A stretch of DNA of 64,000 nucleotides from Phyllosticta citribraziliensis. Its lineage: Eukaryota. Of the stretch, positions 23,770 through 34,858 are shown piece after piece. The notes beneath the pieces were generated by a model. That model had not been told where the DNA came from. It saw nothing but the letters and a program-made list of their open reading frames with translations, and searched no databases. Numbering within the stretch: the first letter of the stretch is position 1; every line of letters begins with the position of its first letter. The stretch spans positions 124,001 to 188,000 of the forward strand of contig NW_027117350.1 in the NCBI RefSeq assembly GCF_038025025.1, given 5' to 3'. Made by a program: the position numbers and the translations under genes.

Positions 23770-25584
23770 TCACCAGTAGGGGCGGCGTGGGTACTCGTCG
23801 TAGCCGCCACCGCGTCCACCGCCGACAGGGCTCCTAGGTCTGCCGCGGGGCGAAGGTGGGCGACCTCCGTACGGCCTGTCATGTCCGTTCAAGTAGGGAT
23901 CAGGCTCGTAAGCACCACCACGGCGAGGAGGAGGAGGACCACGCGCGTCGTACGGGTCATCGGGGTAACGAGCGCGTGGAGGTGGGTAGGCGTCATCGAG
24001 AGGCGGACCACGGACGCGAGGAGCGGGAGGCGAGCGGTAGCGGTCCCGAGGGTCGTAGTAGTCCCGCGGCGGAGAGCGACGGCGGTAGTCGTCACGGCGA
24101 GGACTGTAACCACGAGGAGGGCCGCGGCGGTAGTAGTCGTCCTCCGGAGGACCACCGTAGCCACGTCCACCACGAGTCGGGGAGCGCGACCTGTAACGCT
24201 CGCGAGGACGTTCCTCCTGGACCTGGTAGGGGTAGTCAGAATACGGGTAGTCGTCAAAGTAAAAGGAAGGCTTAGGTCTGACATCTGCGACGCATCGGAC
24301 CGCCTGTCCCTTAAACTCGCGGTTGTCGAGCTTCTCAACAGCGTTGCGGAGGTCGTTGACGGTTTCGTACTCGACGAAACTGAAGCAGTTAGCGTCGCGC
24401 CAGAATCGCGGGAAGCGCATACGTACCCTCGGCCATCGCGATCACGTCCAACCTCGGAGTAAACGACGTCCAATCCAGACTGACGGGCAAAGTCCTTTAG
24501 GTCCTGTAGGTCCAGTGTAAGTTCCGGCCAATTGCACAATGGATGAACGACGAGGTGCAAAAGGGCAAACAGGGAGGTCCAGGCCAGGCAGGGTCCAGAA
24601 AGCAAGCCAGCAAAAACAAGGCCGAGTAACAGCGCTCCGGGGACAAGCGAGACTCAAGCAAACAAATGGCGGCTGCTGGAGCGCGTGATGAAACGGCCTC
24701 AAAAGCTTGTCAAAGAACGGCCAAAGCCACCAGAGGACCAGCGTCCAGAGTAGCATCTCGCGATCGGGTCCAGCGCAACCTGGAGATGCGAACCACGTGG
24801 ATGATGCTGGCTCTCGGTAGAAGACATGACGGGGAAAGCACATGGCGAGAAGGGCAAGGGCATCCAAGATTCTCAACCAACTGATATGGGGAGTTTGCTA
24901 ACCTGCCAGCTCGTGTCGACCGGAAGACCAGTGATGGACATGCGGAATGGAGTGCGCCTGGGACGCGGGACGGCGCGCTCATGGTTGGTGAAGCCGTCGT
25001 TCTGGCGACGCGAACCACGGGCAAACTGAACAATCAGGCGTTCGCCCATGAAGTCGGATCCATCTGGGCGGGTGGTAGGGTCAGCACGGACAGTGGCGTG
25101 GGCGCAAGTGGGACAACGTACGGAAAGCTGTGGCTGGGGTTAGCATTGGTCGCAATCATCGAGTTGGAGGAGCGAGCGACTTACCAGGAACGACATCCCT
25201 CGCGTCCATGGCATCCTTGTACTCGATGAAGCCGAAGCCATTCATGAGCTTGATCTCGGTGATCTCGCCAGTGCCATGGGTAGCAAAGTGGGCTTCAACA
25301 TCGGCCTTGGTGGCTGTAGGCAGCGGAAATTGCTAGTCAGCGAGGCGCCAAACATCCAGGAAAGCGAACAAGAACAGGCAGGTGCAGCAGTAGCATCATC
25401 AGGCAGGCCACGGGATCATGGTAACTTCGCCGGCGGTCCAAAAGTCTCGACCAAAAAGCAGTCGGAGGTGGGTGGCAGCGGAGAAGAGCAGTGGCCAATT
25501 TTCCATCCAGGCCTTCTGGGGAGTGTGCGTACCGTGGCGAGGAAGGTTGCCCAGGTAGAGGCGGGTGGACGACACCTCAGTCAT
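23770..25584 (-). CDS. SR splicing factor with two RRMs (Srp2/SRSF4-5-6-like)
   Basis: MTEVSSTRLYLGNLP, KLMNGFGFIEY, RRM2 signature TSWQ|DLKDFARQ, R/S/P/Y-rich C-terminus; several introns. Confidence 0.9.
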
Positions 25585-26365
25585 GACGTGCGATCCGCGA
25601 ACGAGGCAGCAGCTATCCGGCGGCGCAGGCAAGGCAAGGCAGGGCGAAGGCACACGAGTGGATTCTGAGTTTGCGCCTGTCGAGCGAGGCGCGTGGAGAA
25701 AGAAGAAGTCGGACCAGAGACACGGGCCGATGGAGATGAGATGGAGGACCGCGATGGGCGCGGACGAGTAGAACAGGTAGAGGAGGAGTCGGTGGGTGGG
25801 TGGAGTGGAGTGGGAGGAAGACGAGACGTCGGGGAGTGGAGTGGAGAGGTCGTCAGGGCAGGTCGAAGTTGACGAGGGAAGGACCTAACCAGCCCCAGGA
25901 AGCGCCAGCGCCCGCGCCCGCGTCAACGAGGGAAGGAAGGCGGCGGCAACCCGGGCTTCTGCCGTTGCTTTGGATCGCAACCGCAACCCGATCTGACACC
26001 AACCCAACCCAACCTCACCCATCCACCCTCTCAGTCTAGGAATGCCGCACCCGTCCACCCGCCCGCTCCTTGTCGCGCGCCACCCGCTACCTTGGTCTCG
26101 AGTCTGTCCTCTGACCTGACGATCCGTGTCTGATCCGCTTGCATACACCCACGACCAATGGAACCGTCCACACGTCATGACATCAGCAGTCCAGTCCAGG
26201 CGAATACGAGTCAACATTGCTGCACACACTCCACGTCCAACGTACATGTGCCATTATTATTCAACCGTGAGGATTCCAAAGCACCACCCTGTCCAATCCA
26301 GCTATGCTTACATCCCTCCGTCGCTCCAAACGCCGGCCCATGTATATCTAAAGGTAGTGTCGTCA

Positions 26366-29216
26366 CTAATGCAACAGCTTGTCGCTCGCTTTTGAAATGA
26401 TGGTCGCCGCCTTGTTGACCTGCTTCTGCGCCAGCTCCCAGTCGCCCAGCTCGACGGCATCCCTAACCGCAGGGAAAAAGGCCTCGTCGTAGCCGCTCCA
26501 AGCGTCGGGCCCAAAAACAACGTGCTTGAACTGTTCGCGCCCGGGCACCCCGTGCTGCTCCTTGCTGGGGTCGTCCTTGCCGTCCGTCCGCTTCACCGGC
26601 AGGTCCAATAGATGCGTCTCAAAGTTGGACAGCCTCGCGTTGTGCGATATCCGGTCCACGCCCATCTTGTTGGTTTCAAAGCCGCCCCTGGCCCTAAACT
26701 TTTCCAACTGTTAGCATCGAGACCAAACAGGGACTCATCTCTGCGCGCTTACCTGTCCCCACCACTCGTCGTCAAACTTGCCAAACTCTTGCGAATTCTT
26801 CTGCAGCAACGTCGCCGCCTGGTGCAATGCCGACAGGTCGAGCGCTGCGCCTCGCGAGGCGTCCTTGCCAACCACCCATTTCTCTAGGTCCTTGACGTAG
26901 CCGCTGAGTGCAAAGGCATAATCCTTCAAATCAAATGGATAGATGGGCTCCTGCGCAATCTCCAGAATCAGGAGGACCCAGACTTGCGCCAGTGCGGCGT
27001 GGTAAACAAAGCCCGGGTCTCCAAACTGGTCCATCCAGTCAAAGGTTTCGTAGCAACTGTGATATGGCATGCCGTTTTCGGGTCCGTCAAACATCATGTC
27101 CAGCGATGAGGCGCCCGCCAGGTCTTGAAACGCAACGTAGTCGCTCCCGGCACCAAGACCCTGTATTCTCCCGCCATTCTCGGTCCAAACATCGACCAGC
27201 GTCCGGTTCCTGATGGGATCAGCGACGCGGCTGAGAACGCGGGTCAGAGCGTGCTGAAAGAGCGGCGATCCTGATGCACGAAACTTGTCTCCGACGACGC
27301 CGACATCCACATTCAGATAGGCAATGGCATTATCGCGAATATCCTTGATGTGGTCCTCGACGTATTCCGTAGATCCAATCATGTTGTACTCTTCGGCATC
27401 CCACGACGCAAAGTAGATGCTCCTCAAGGGCCGCCAGCCCTGTTGAACGAGTAAATCGAGTGCCGTGATGACTTCCATCATGACAGCAGTGCCGCTGGAC
27501 CATGTTAGCTGCTGGGGATCCAATGATACTGTGACACTACCAACCTTCCGGCGTCTGCCGACCCAAAACACCAAGCATCGCGGTGGTTGCCGACAAAAAT
27601 CTTCTTTGACGTTGTCTCGACACCTTCAAAGACACCCATGACATTCCAAATGTCTTGCTTCTCCTTCTCTTCCTGTTGGTTCTGGAGAAGCACTCGAGGC
27701 GAAGATGAGTCTCCAGACCACCATTCGTCGACCTGGGGCACTCCCCCGATCCAATCTCTTTCCAGCTTGACTCCGTGACCCTTCAAAACCTGAAGCAGCC
27801 TCTTTGCGTCTCTCCACGCAAGCGGCAGGCTGGGAATATTTGGCAGGGCAGAGTTGTTGTTCTTGCTGATGCGCTCCGCGTCGATCGTCGAGGCATAGCC
27901 GGGTGTCAACACGTCCCCCACGATCCACGCCGATTGTGCCACAGAGCCTCTCTGCACGCCGTCCTCTGGCCGCCATCTCCCCAGCGGATACACGTCTCCC
28001 CTGAGAAACCCATCATCTTTCGGGTCCGAGTAAATCAGACAGCCCGCGGCTCCCGCCTCTTCTGCGAATTTGACCTTCATGGCGCGATCAGACATGGTCC
28101 CGTAATACCGCACCAAAACGATTGCGCCCTTCAAGTCTATGCCCCGACTCTTCAACGCCCGAAAATCTTCACGACTGCCGTAGTTGGCGTAAATCAGGGG
28201 TCCGGTAGCGTTTCCTGATCTAGACAGGCCATGGAAGACCATGGTTTGCTGCTCCTTTCTGATGTCCGGGGAAACAGGGTCCTCTTCCAGAACAGCTTCC
28301 CAAGCCAACTCCTTCGGCTCAACAATGGCAACTCTCCGGCCGCCCTCTATGGGGTAGTTGAGGTAGACATTATAATCCAACTGCGCAACTTCGTCCATGC
28401 CCGCGCTCTTGAAGAAGCGCTCGATCCAATCGGCCAAGAATTTGTCGCCTTTGCTGCCCGCAACGTGATCGACGCTAGCAATATGTTGGAGGTTCTCGCG
28501 GATGCGCTCAGCTGATATGCTCGACTGTACAAACGAACGGGCCCATCTTTGAAGGTTAGTATGTATCAATATATTGACGTGTGAGTGACCTACTCAGGAT
28601 TGAAAGGAGCCATCCCGTGGCGACCCATGGGAAATACGGACGTAACGAGGACGACGTAGACGAACGATGCTATCAGCAGGACGCCAAACAGCCGCAGCAC
28701 AACCGAGTAGCCGGGGCGGAACTGCTCGGGGAATGTAGGTATGCGGGATGTAATGATTGAGAAGGAGGGCCAGCGCAGCGGTTTGCGCAAGCGTGGTAAT
28801 CGAATGGCGGATAGGCTTGCTCCTATGCTCGAGATGCGCTTGGAGAAGCTCATGGCAACGCGGCGTCTACGCTGAGCCCGCTCGTCGCCGTCTCCGTCAA
28901 TCACGTCCAGCTGCTCCATCTCGCGATGCAGGCCGGCCTCTTCATCCTCGCTCTCTCCTACCATGTCCGGCAGCGACAGGTCGCTGTCCATGCTGGAGCG
29001 CGCCGACTCCACCGTCGGCTGTTGATATCCATCGGGACGGGCTGGTGCGGCGTGTCTCCTGGTGTTATCCAGCAGGCCTTGCCGCTCGGCATCGTCGCTG
29101 ACTTCGCGAGGACCAAGGCGGGAAACGGAAGAGGGCGGGCGCGACGAGGTGGCTTCCTCATAGGTAGGAATGGGGACGCTCTCCTGCGGATCGTATGGGT
29201 GCTTTTCGTCGGTCAT
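26366..29216 (-). CDS. Glutamate carboxypeptidase / transferrin-receptor-like M28 protein (Tre1/Tre2/Vps70-like)
   Basis: N-terminal PTYEEA, TM segment, PA domain (YANYGSREDF, GCLIYSDP, VQRGSV), GNHRDAWCFG, SWDAEEY, YLNVD, GAGSDY, YHSCY, and TfR-dimer tail FKHVVFGP. Confidence 0.9.
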
Positions 29217-29973
29217 TGCGGTGGGCGAGGTGTTGCGTAACGGGACTCCAGGTCCCGGCCGGATGGCTTATGACGCGGCGACAGGGCGACGTCGGTGGGC
29301 TGGAGCAAGGGGATATCGAATGTTGCGGTCAATGGGGGCTCATGGTCGCGGGAGCGCTACCGGTGGAAGGCGTAGAATGTGGTGACGGTAGGTTAGACGG
29401 AGAGAAGTCTGGGGGAGGGGAAGAAGGATGCCGGTACGGTGCGAGGGAGATGGCAGACGGATGGCGCGCACACTCAGCACCCAAGGCGTTGCGGCGGTGC
29501 ATCTGGCGCAGGGAGTTGACGGCGATCCGTGGCCCGGGGACTTGATTCGTGTGTGGAATGCCGTCAGGTCTCGACTCGACTCCTTGCCACTGACCTCACT
29601 CTGAATTTGTACAGACACCAGGTCTGTCAACCGAGTGCTGTCGGTCGGTGCAACGTTGCCCCTCGGCCCCTGGACAGCTTGGTTGTCGACTTGCTGCGGT
29701 AGATCGACACCTTATCGCCCTTGTGCAGACAGACGTCCCATCTTAGCACACGCCACCTTTGCTCTGGAAGCGCTAAACACGTCTTTCGGTTCTAGGGCAG
29801 TTTGACTACGCCCTCTCCGACCTTCTCAACTATCTAGTGTCGAAGAAACCGTTGCTTCCAGTCGCCCGTTGCAGTCGCACCTAGCCAGGAACTAGACACA
29901 TGGTCGTCTTAGCTGCCGACCTATATTACCCATCCCTATGCATGCTCTGCGTCCCGTCACAATAATTCAATCT

Positions 29974-31019
29974 CTATATGTTCCTGCCCCCCGTCACCGA
30001 AATCGTCTGCCCACTGACATAGCTGAACAACGGGCTTGCAACAGCCAGAATCGCTCTCGCCGCCTCCGTCGCCGACCCGGGCCTCCTCAGGGGGATGTCT
30101 TCAAACCCCGCCTTGGCTTTGCTGTCCCCCTGAGCCTTGGGGATGCCCAGCGCCACCTTCTCACCATCCGGCGTCGTGACGAAGGCCCCCTCCTCCTTGG
30201 CAGCCGTGAGACGCGTGAGTATATGGCCAAAGGCCACAGTATTCGACCTCACACCAAATACGGGCCCCCACTCCTTCGCAATTGTCTTTGTCAGACCCTG
30301 GATTCCCTGGAGATAGTTAGCATCTGCTGTACTTGAGGAGATTCTGCGATACTGACAGCTTTGGCAACGGCATAGTTGCTTTGTCCCGCATTGCCGTGCA
30401 GCCCGGACGTCGACGAGATGTTGATTATGCAGCGGGGTTCGTTATCCTTCACGCGAAAGAATGGTGCTGCCGCACGGACGAGTTTGAAGGGCGCCGTGTT
30501 ATGCAGCGCGATGATTGTGTCCCACTGCTTGTCGGTTGTCTGATACCAAAGTCAGCGGGCCGGCACATTCTGTTGCATCCTTCCTGGCATGCTCGACCTT
30601 GTGGATGACGCCGTCCCAAGTGTAGCCGGCATTGTTGACAATGATGTGTATCTTGCCATTGCCGAATTCGGCAGCCCTCTTGACCAACTCGTCGATGTAG
30701 TTGCTGTCAAGCATGTCGCCTGGGACGTCTAAAGCGCGGCCGCCATTGCCGTTGATGCTCTCTGCAACATCCTTGGCCTTTTCTTCGACGGGAATCAGCT
30801 TTTGACCACACAGACGGCACATGGAAAACACGCACTAGCATCAATATCAGATACGACGACTTTGGCGCCCTCGTTGGCAAAAAGTCTAGCCGTCTCGGCG
30901 CCGATTCCCTGGCCAGACCCTGTAATGATGGCGACCTGACCCTGAAGCAGGCCATTTGGAAAGTTTAGGTGGCCTGCGATTTGACTCAGGCGCTCCGCGG
31001 ACGAAGACGACGAAGACAT
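29974..31019 (-). CDS. Short-chain dehydrogenase/reductase (3-oxoacyl reductase-like) with PTS2 peroxisomal signal
   Basis: RLSQIAGHL (PTS2 pattern), ITGSGQGIG, VNNAG, NVSSTSGLHGNAGQSNYAVAK (YxxxK), ISVTGG; multi-exon. Confidence 0.9.
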
Positions 31020-31198
31020 GGCGATAGGAAACTGAGGCAAAATGACAATGAGTCTTGACAGGCGTGAATGGGATGGAAAGGATTGAGGGGTGCCGTGAGA
31101 AGACCAAGATCAAGTCCAAAAAGCCGAGCGGGGGGCACCAGACGGCCAAAGGTGGAGCACGCGAAGGATGCGAAATCTGGGGAAGCTTGAGCGAGTTA

Positions 31199-31204
31199 CC
31201 GAGG
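31199..31204 (-). promoter_or_regulatory. Candidate FarA/FarB core site CCTCGG upstream of the PTS2-bearing SDR
   Basis: CCGAGG on plus (CCTCGG on minus), about 180 bp upstream of the SDR ATG. A 6-mer can occur by chance. Confidence 0.4.
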
Positions 31205-31285
31205 ATGACGCCTGCAGCCTCTGCACCCTGCCGCGGTCCATCCCGCAACACTAAACCTCCACAGCACTGTGGGTGTCGAAAGAAA

Positions 31286-31362
31286 TGAGACTCCCTGGGT
31301 TGATCTGCGGCAATGAACGACTGCTTCCTGAGCGTAAAGGTGGCTGTATATGAATGCTCCCC
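31286..31362 (+). repeat. Degenerate member of the 33-bp TGA(A/C)TGCTCCC array family
   Basis: Cores TGAGACTCCC (31286), CGACTGCTTCC (31318) and TGAATGCTCCC (31351), spaced 32 and 33 bp. The first spacer TGGGTTGATCTGCGGCA resembles TGGGGTTGTCTGCGACA in the 46 kb array. Confidence 0.5.
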
Positions 31363-31638
31363 AGACGCACCCACATTGCCAGGAGGTCTTCTTTTTTTCG
31401 ACACCCACTGTGACAGAGGTTGCTTGGACTTATTCGAATTGTTTCTAAGACAGGAGCGATGCTCCATTGGGTATGCTATTTCACGTTGCCCTTCCAATGC
31501 TCAAACAGACCTGCGCCGAGAAATGCCGCTGTGACAACCAAAGGAAAGCGCAAACGAACAAGAGCTGAACCAGCAGCTCGACCATATGTCCCGCCTCGAA
31601 CTGTGCACAAGGAACCAAAAGACAAGAAAGAAACGTCT

Positions 31639-33429
31639 CTAACCCCTGTTGTTCCTCTTTCCCCTTCCACACTCCTTCTTGTTCAACGGCTCTTCTGGGA
31701 AAACCCACCCTCTCAAGCGCTTCGCCTCCCTCTTCTCACTCAAGTTCGGCTTTGGGATCCACGAGTCCTTGTCCAAGCAGTATTGTCTGGTCAAGGCAGC
31801 AGGTCCGCCCACCTCCATGCGCCAGCTGCCCTGGATGCCTGGCAGCGGGTTCTCCTTTGCCAGCATGTGGAGGAACCACAAGGCAAGGCCTGCCGTCATC
31901 TGCGGCGCCTTTTGCTGCTGCTGGCGGCTGCCATGCCTCGAAATCTCAATCGGCTCGCTGAGTTCCAAAAAGCCAAACAACGGCACGCCCGAGCCTGCGT
32001 CGGCGCTAACGACCGTGTTGGTCGTCGCGGCGCGGCCGTTTGCGCTGCCGCCAGCAGCGACAGCGTCTTCTGGGCCGCCGCCGCACCGCACGCACAGCAG
32101 CTCAATCTCATTCATGATGAAGCCGAAGCGGCAGCCATGCTCGCGCATCACGCGGTGCAGGTGCGCCAGGCCCGCCAGGTAGTAGACCTGCTTGTTGGGC
32201 GGCTCGCGCCGCATGCCCGTGTTCCACTGATCGTAGGCCTTGACGACGCCCACGACCCGCCCCCGCGAGTCGCCGTAGATCGTCTTTTCGTAGTCCGTCA
32301 TGTAGTTGGACACGAAATCGACTGGCGTCTGCGACGACGGCGTCCCCTTGTGTGATCGCATCACCATGTGCGAGCTACCCTGCGCTACTTGCAGGGCTGC
32401 GTTGATCTTGACGTTGTAAAAGTCGCGGCAAATGTCGTGCAGGTCCGACTCGCTGTCGGGCCTGAGATTGGGCCGCGAGGGAGTCGGCAGTGACTGCACG
32501 TCGACTGGAATGTTCAAAAGGGGCATGAAGCCCGGGATAGATGTGACTGTGTCGATAGAAAAGTCGGTCCAACTACGGAGGTTGCGAATGTCCCACCAGT
32601 AGTGAGTACCACACACATTGCGAGTTCCAGTCGTGATTCGTTGAACAAGGGCCGGGGAAGGATTCGGGGCGGTCAGGTAGTCCATGAGCGTCGTAGTTGC
32701 CAGGGGTTCACCGAATGCTTCAACAGCAAGCCCATGAGCAAGTGACTGCTGGACCGGTTGCTGGATGGTAGGGATGTTTTCGTCATACGAATACCCTTGA
32801 AAGTGATTGGAGGGCATCGAAGCCGTCAAATCAATCGAAGGATGTGAAGTGACGTACTGTGGCATCTGGCGAGAGGCATTGTACGCAAGACGGCTGGCCA
32901 CAGGTTCGTCGACCGTAGTGGAAGACACGGAGCGAGAATGCGTTCGCGTAGAAGAAACAGAAGGAGAACGAGCATGTCGAGCAGCCACAGAAGAGCAGCG
33001 AGAGTTTGCAAGCCTCACGGGAGACCCGAGGCTTGAGTTGAGACCGGAAGTTGAAAAGAGAGATGTCGAAGTACCAGAGCCAAAAGAGCAGTGGCTCTCG
33101 GGAGGGCTCATTGAGCGGCGATCCAGAGATGCGCGTGTGTAGGGACTGTAGCTTTGGCGGCTGGTACCGCTGGCAGAAGACGCCGTCCTGCGGTGTCTCA
33201 CGGGGCCACTGCTGGTCGGCTCCATGGTTTGGTCTTGAGACCTGATTTTTGGCAGCAATAAGGGGCCATGTTGACGTATCGGAGACCTGGAGGCTGCAGA
33301 GTTGACGCCGCAGGCGTCTGGGGATGCCTCCGGGGTGATGAGATACGGCATCTCAAAAGAAGGCTGATTAAGATATTCCGGGTACAGATGCACCGGGAAC
33401 GAGGGCGGCGTAGTTTGTCTTGCGTACAT
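31639..33429 (-). CDS. Conserved fungal hypothetical protein: Ser-rich disordered N-terminus plus globular C-terminal domain
   Basis: 596-aa open frame with HGPLLLPKIRSQDQ, YLTAPNP, WWDIRNLRSWTDF, VVGVVK, MREHGCRFGFIM, LALWFLHMLAKE and AKRLRGWVFP blocks. Confidence 0.82.
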   Translation of the reverse strand: MYARQTTPPSFPVHLYPEYLNQPSFEMPYLITPEASPDACGVNSAASRSPIRQHGPLLLPKIRSQDQTMEPTSSGPVRHRRTASSASGTSRQSYSPYTRASLDRRSMSPPESHCSFGSGTSTSLFSTSGLNSSLGSPVRLANSRCSSVAARHARSPSVSSTRTHSRSVSSTTVDEPVASRLAYNASRQMPQYVTSHPSIDLTASMPSNHFQGYSYDENIPTIQQPVQQSLAHGLAVEAFGEPLATTTLMDYLTAPNPSPALVQRITTGTRNVCGTHYWWDIRNLRSWTDFSIDTVTSIPGFMPLLNIPVDVQSLPTPSRPNLRPDSESDLHDICRDFYNVKINAALQVAQGSSHMVMRSHKGTPSSQTPVDFVSNYMTDYEKTIYGDSRGRVVGVVKAYDQWNTGMRREPPNKQVYYLAGLAHLHRVMREHGCRFGFIMNEIELLCVRCGGGPEDAVAAGGSANGRAATTNTVVSADAGSGVPLFGFLELSEPIEISRHGSRQQQQKAPQMTAGLALWFLHMLAKENPLPGIQGSWRMEVGGPAALTRQYCLDKDSWIPKPNLSEKREAKRLRGWVFPEEPLNKKECGRGKRNNRG

Positions 33430-34858
33430 GGCCAGGGATAAGATGTAGGTGCTTCCTGACTAAATGGATGAGCTCGAGGCATACTGTAGAGAGCAGGAAT
33501 CGACTTACGCAACAGCAAAGAAGAAAGATCTAGAGAAGGATTATTGGTGGACTTTTGGTGAAAAGCGGAGACCAGCTCCAAAGAGAAAATCTAACAAGGG
33601 AGAGCAAAGGAAAGAAGAATGAGAGGGCCTGAGACTGGAAAGAAGTGACTGGAGAATGCAGACGGTATGCGGCAAGAATGTTGGTACTTATTCCACGGGC
33701 ACGAGGCCGTCATGTCCAGAGACAAGGATTGGCGGCAAACAAGATGAAACACACAGATGCTCGATTTAGGACTCCGAGGCCGAGTGTCATGGACTGTGGA
33801 TCCGCAGAATGAGCCCTGTGAAACTCGGCCGTCTTCTGTGGAGGCTTATGCGCGATTGCAACCCAGAATGGGGCTTTTGCGGGCTTGGAGCTCGTGCGGT
33901 CCGCCTCCAGAGGAAATCCGACAGGATCGGTTGGCATTCGGTGGGGACGTATGATTGTCGTGGCAGTCGGGCTTCGTGCTGATGGTGGGCCCCAAAAACA
34001 ACTCGTTCGGGATCATTTGGAGCCATGGGCGCCTGCAATGGGGCGTGGCGGCGCGTGGATGGCGGCGCAGTCCTTGGAGTTGTTGCAGTGGGCGCTTAAA
34101 GCAACAACGCGTTCGACGCGTCTGATTGGTCGAATGGTTGCAGACGTCGACTACTGCACGGCCAGCTCACTGGCTATCTGCGCAGCGTCCGTTTCGAAGA
34201 TGCTTAGCCGTCTGCACAAGTGACTCACTCTGGGGGATCTTCTCTGCCGAACTTTTAGTCTCATTGTCCGGGTTGTCACCACCATCAATGCCGTCCATGG
34301 TCGCCCTTCTAATATGATGGATCCTGGCCTCCATCTCGACCGTTGCACTCGAACGCTCCCGCTGCCGCCAGGTCCATCCATGAACCCTGCGAGACCCACG
34401 ATCCGGCGGCTATTAGAGCCTCCTAGCACCGCGGCGTAACCGTGCCAATCACCGGTTTGGTAGACGTGCAGATGTGCAGATTCCCAAAATATCCGCCTCT
34501 TCCTACTGGATCGTCGTCGTATTTTGCGTTAGCGCCCACCAATCTCAACGTCGTAATGGTTGCGATTCTTGGATCTGGCAAATCATGAGAAACCATCGCC
34601 GGATATTCCTTTGGTCTCGGCCTCCGCGAAACCCAACCAAGGATTACCGCTTCTCTTTCCGATGGCTTGTCGAGATCTCTTCCAAGGTCTTAAGCGCCCG
34701 GTCGAGGGTCATTGCAATCCGCAAGGCAGAAAGCGGAGGTTCCAAACAGAGCCTTTGCACAAGACATTGGGTGTCATTTGCGATCTGAATCAATTCAGCC
34801 TGACAGAAGAAGAGTCCGTGATGTCAACGAGTGAGCCTTGCGAGTCTGCCTTGGACAC

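Noticed and set aside
11449..25584. prp4 kinase and SR protein as a splicing gene cluster
   Set aside because: They are about 10 kb apart with unrelated genes between; the proximity is plausibly chance.
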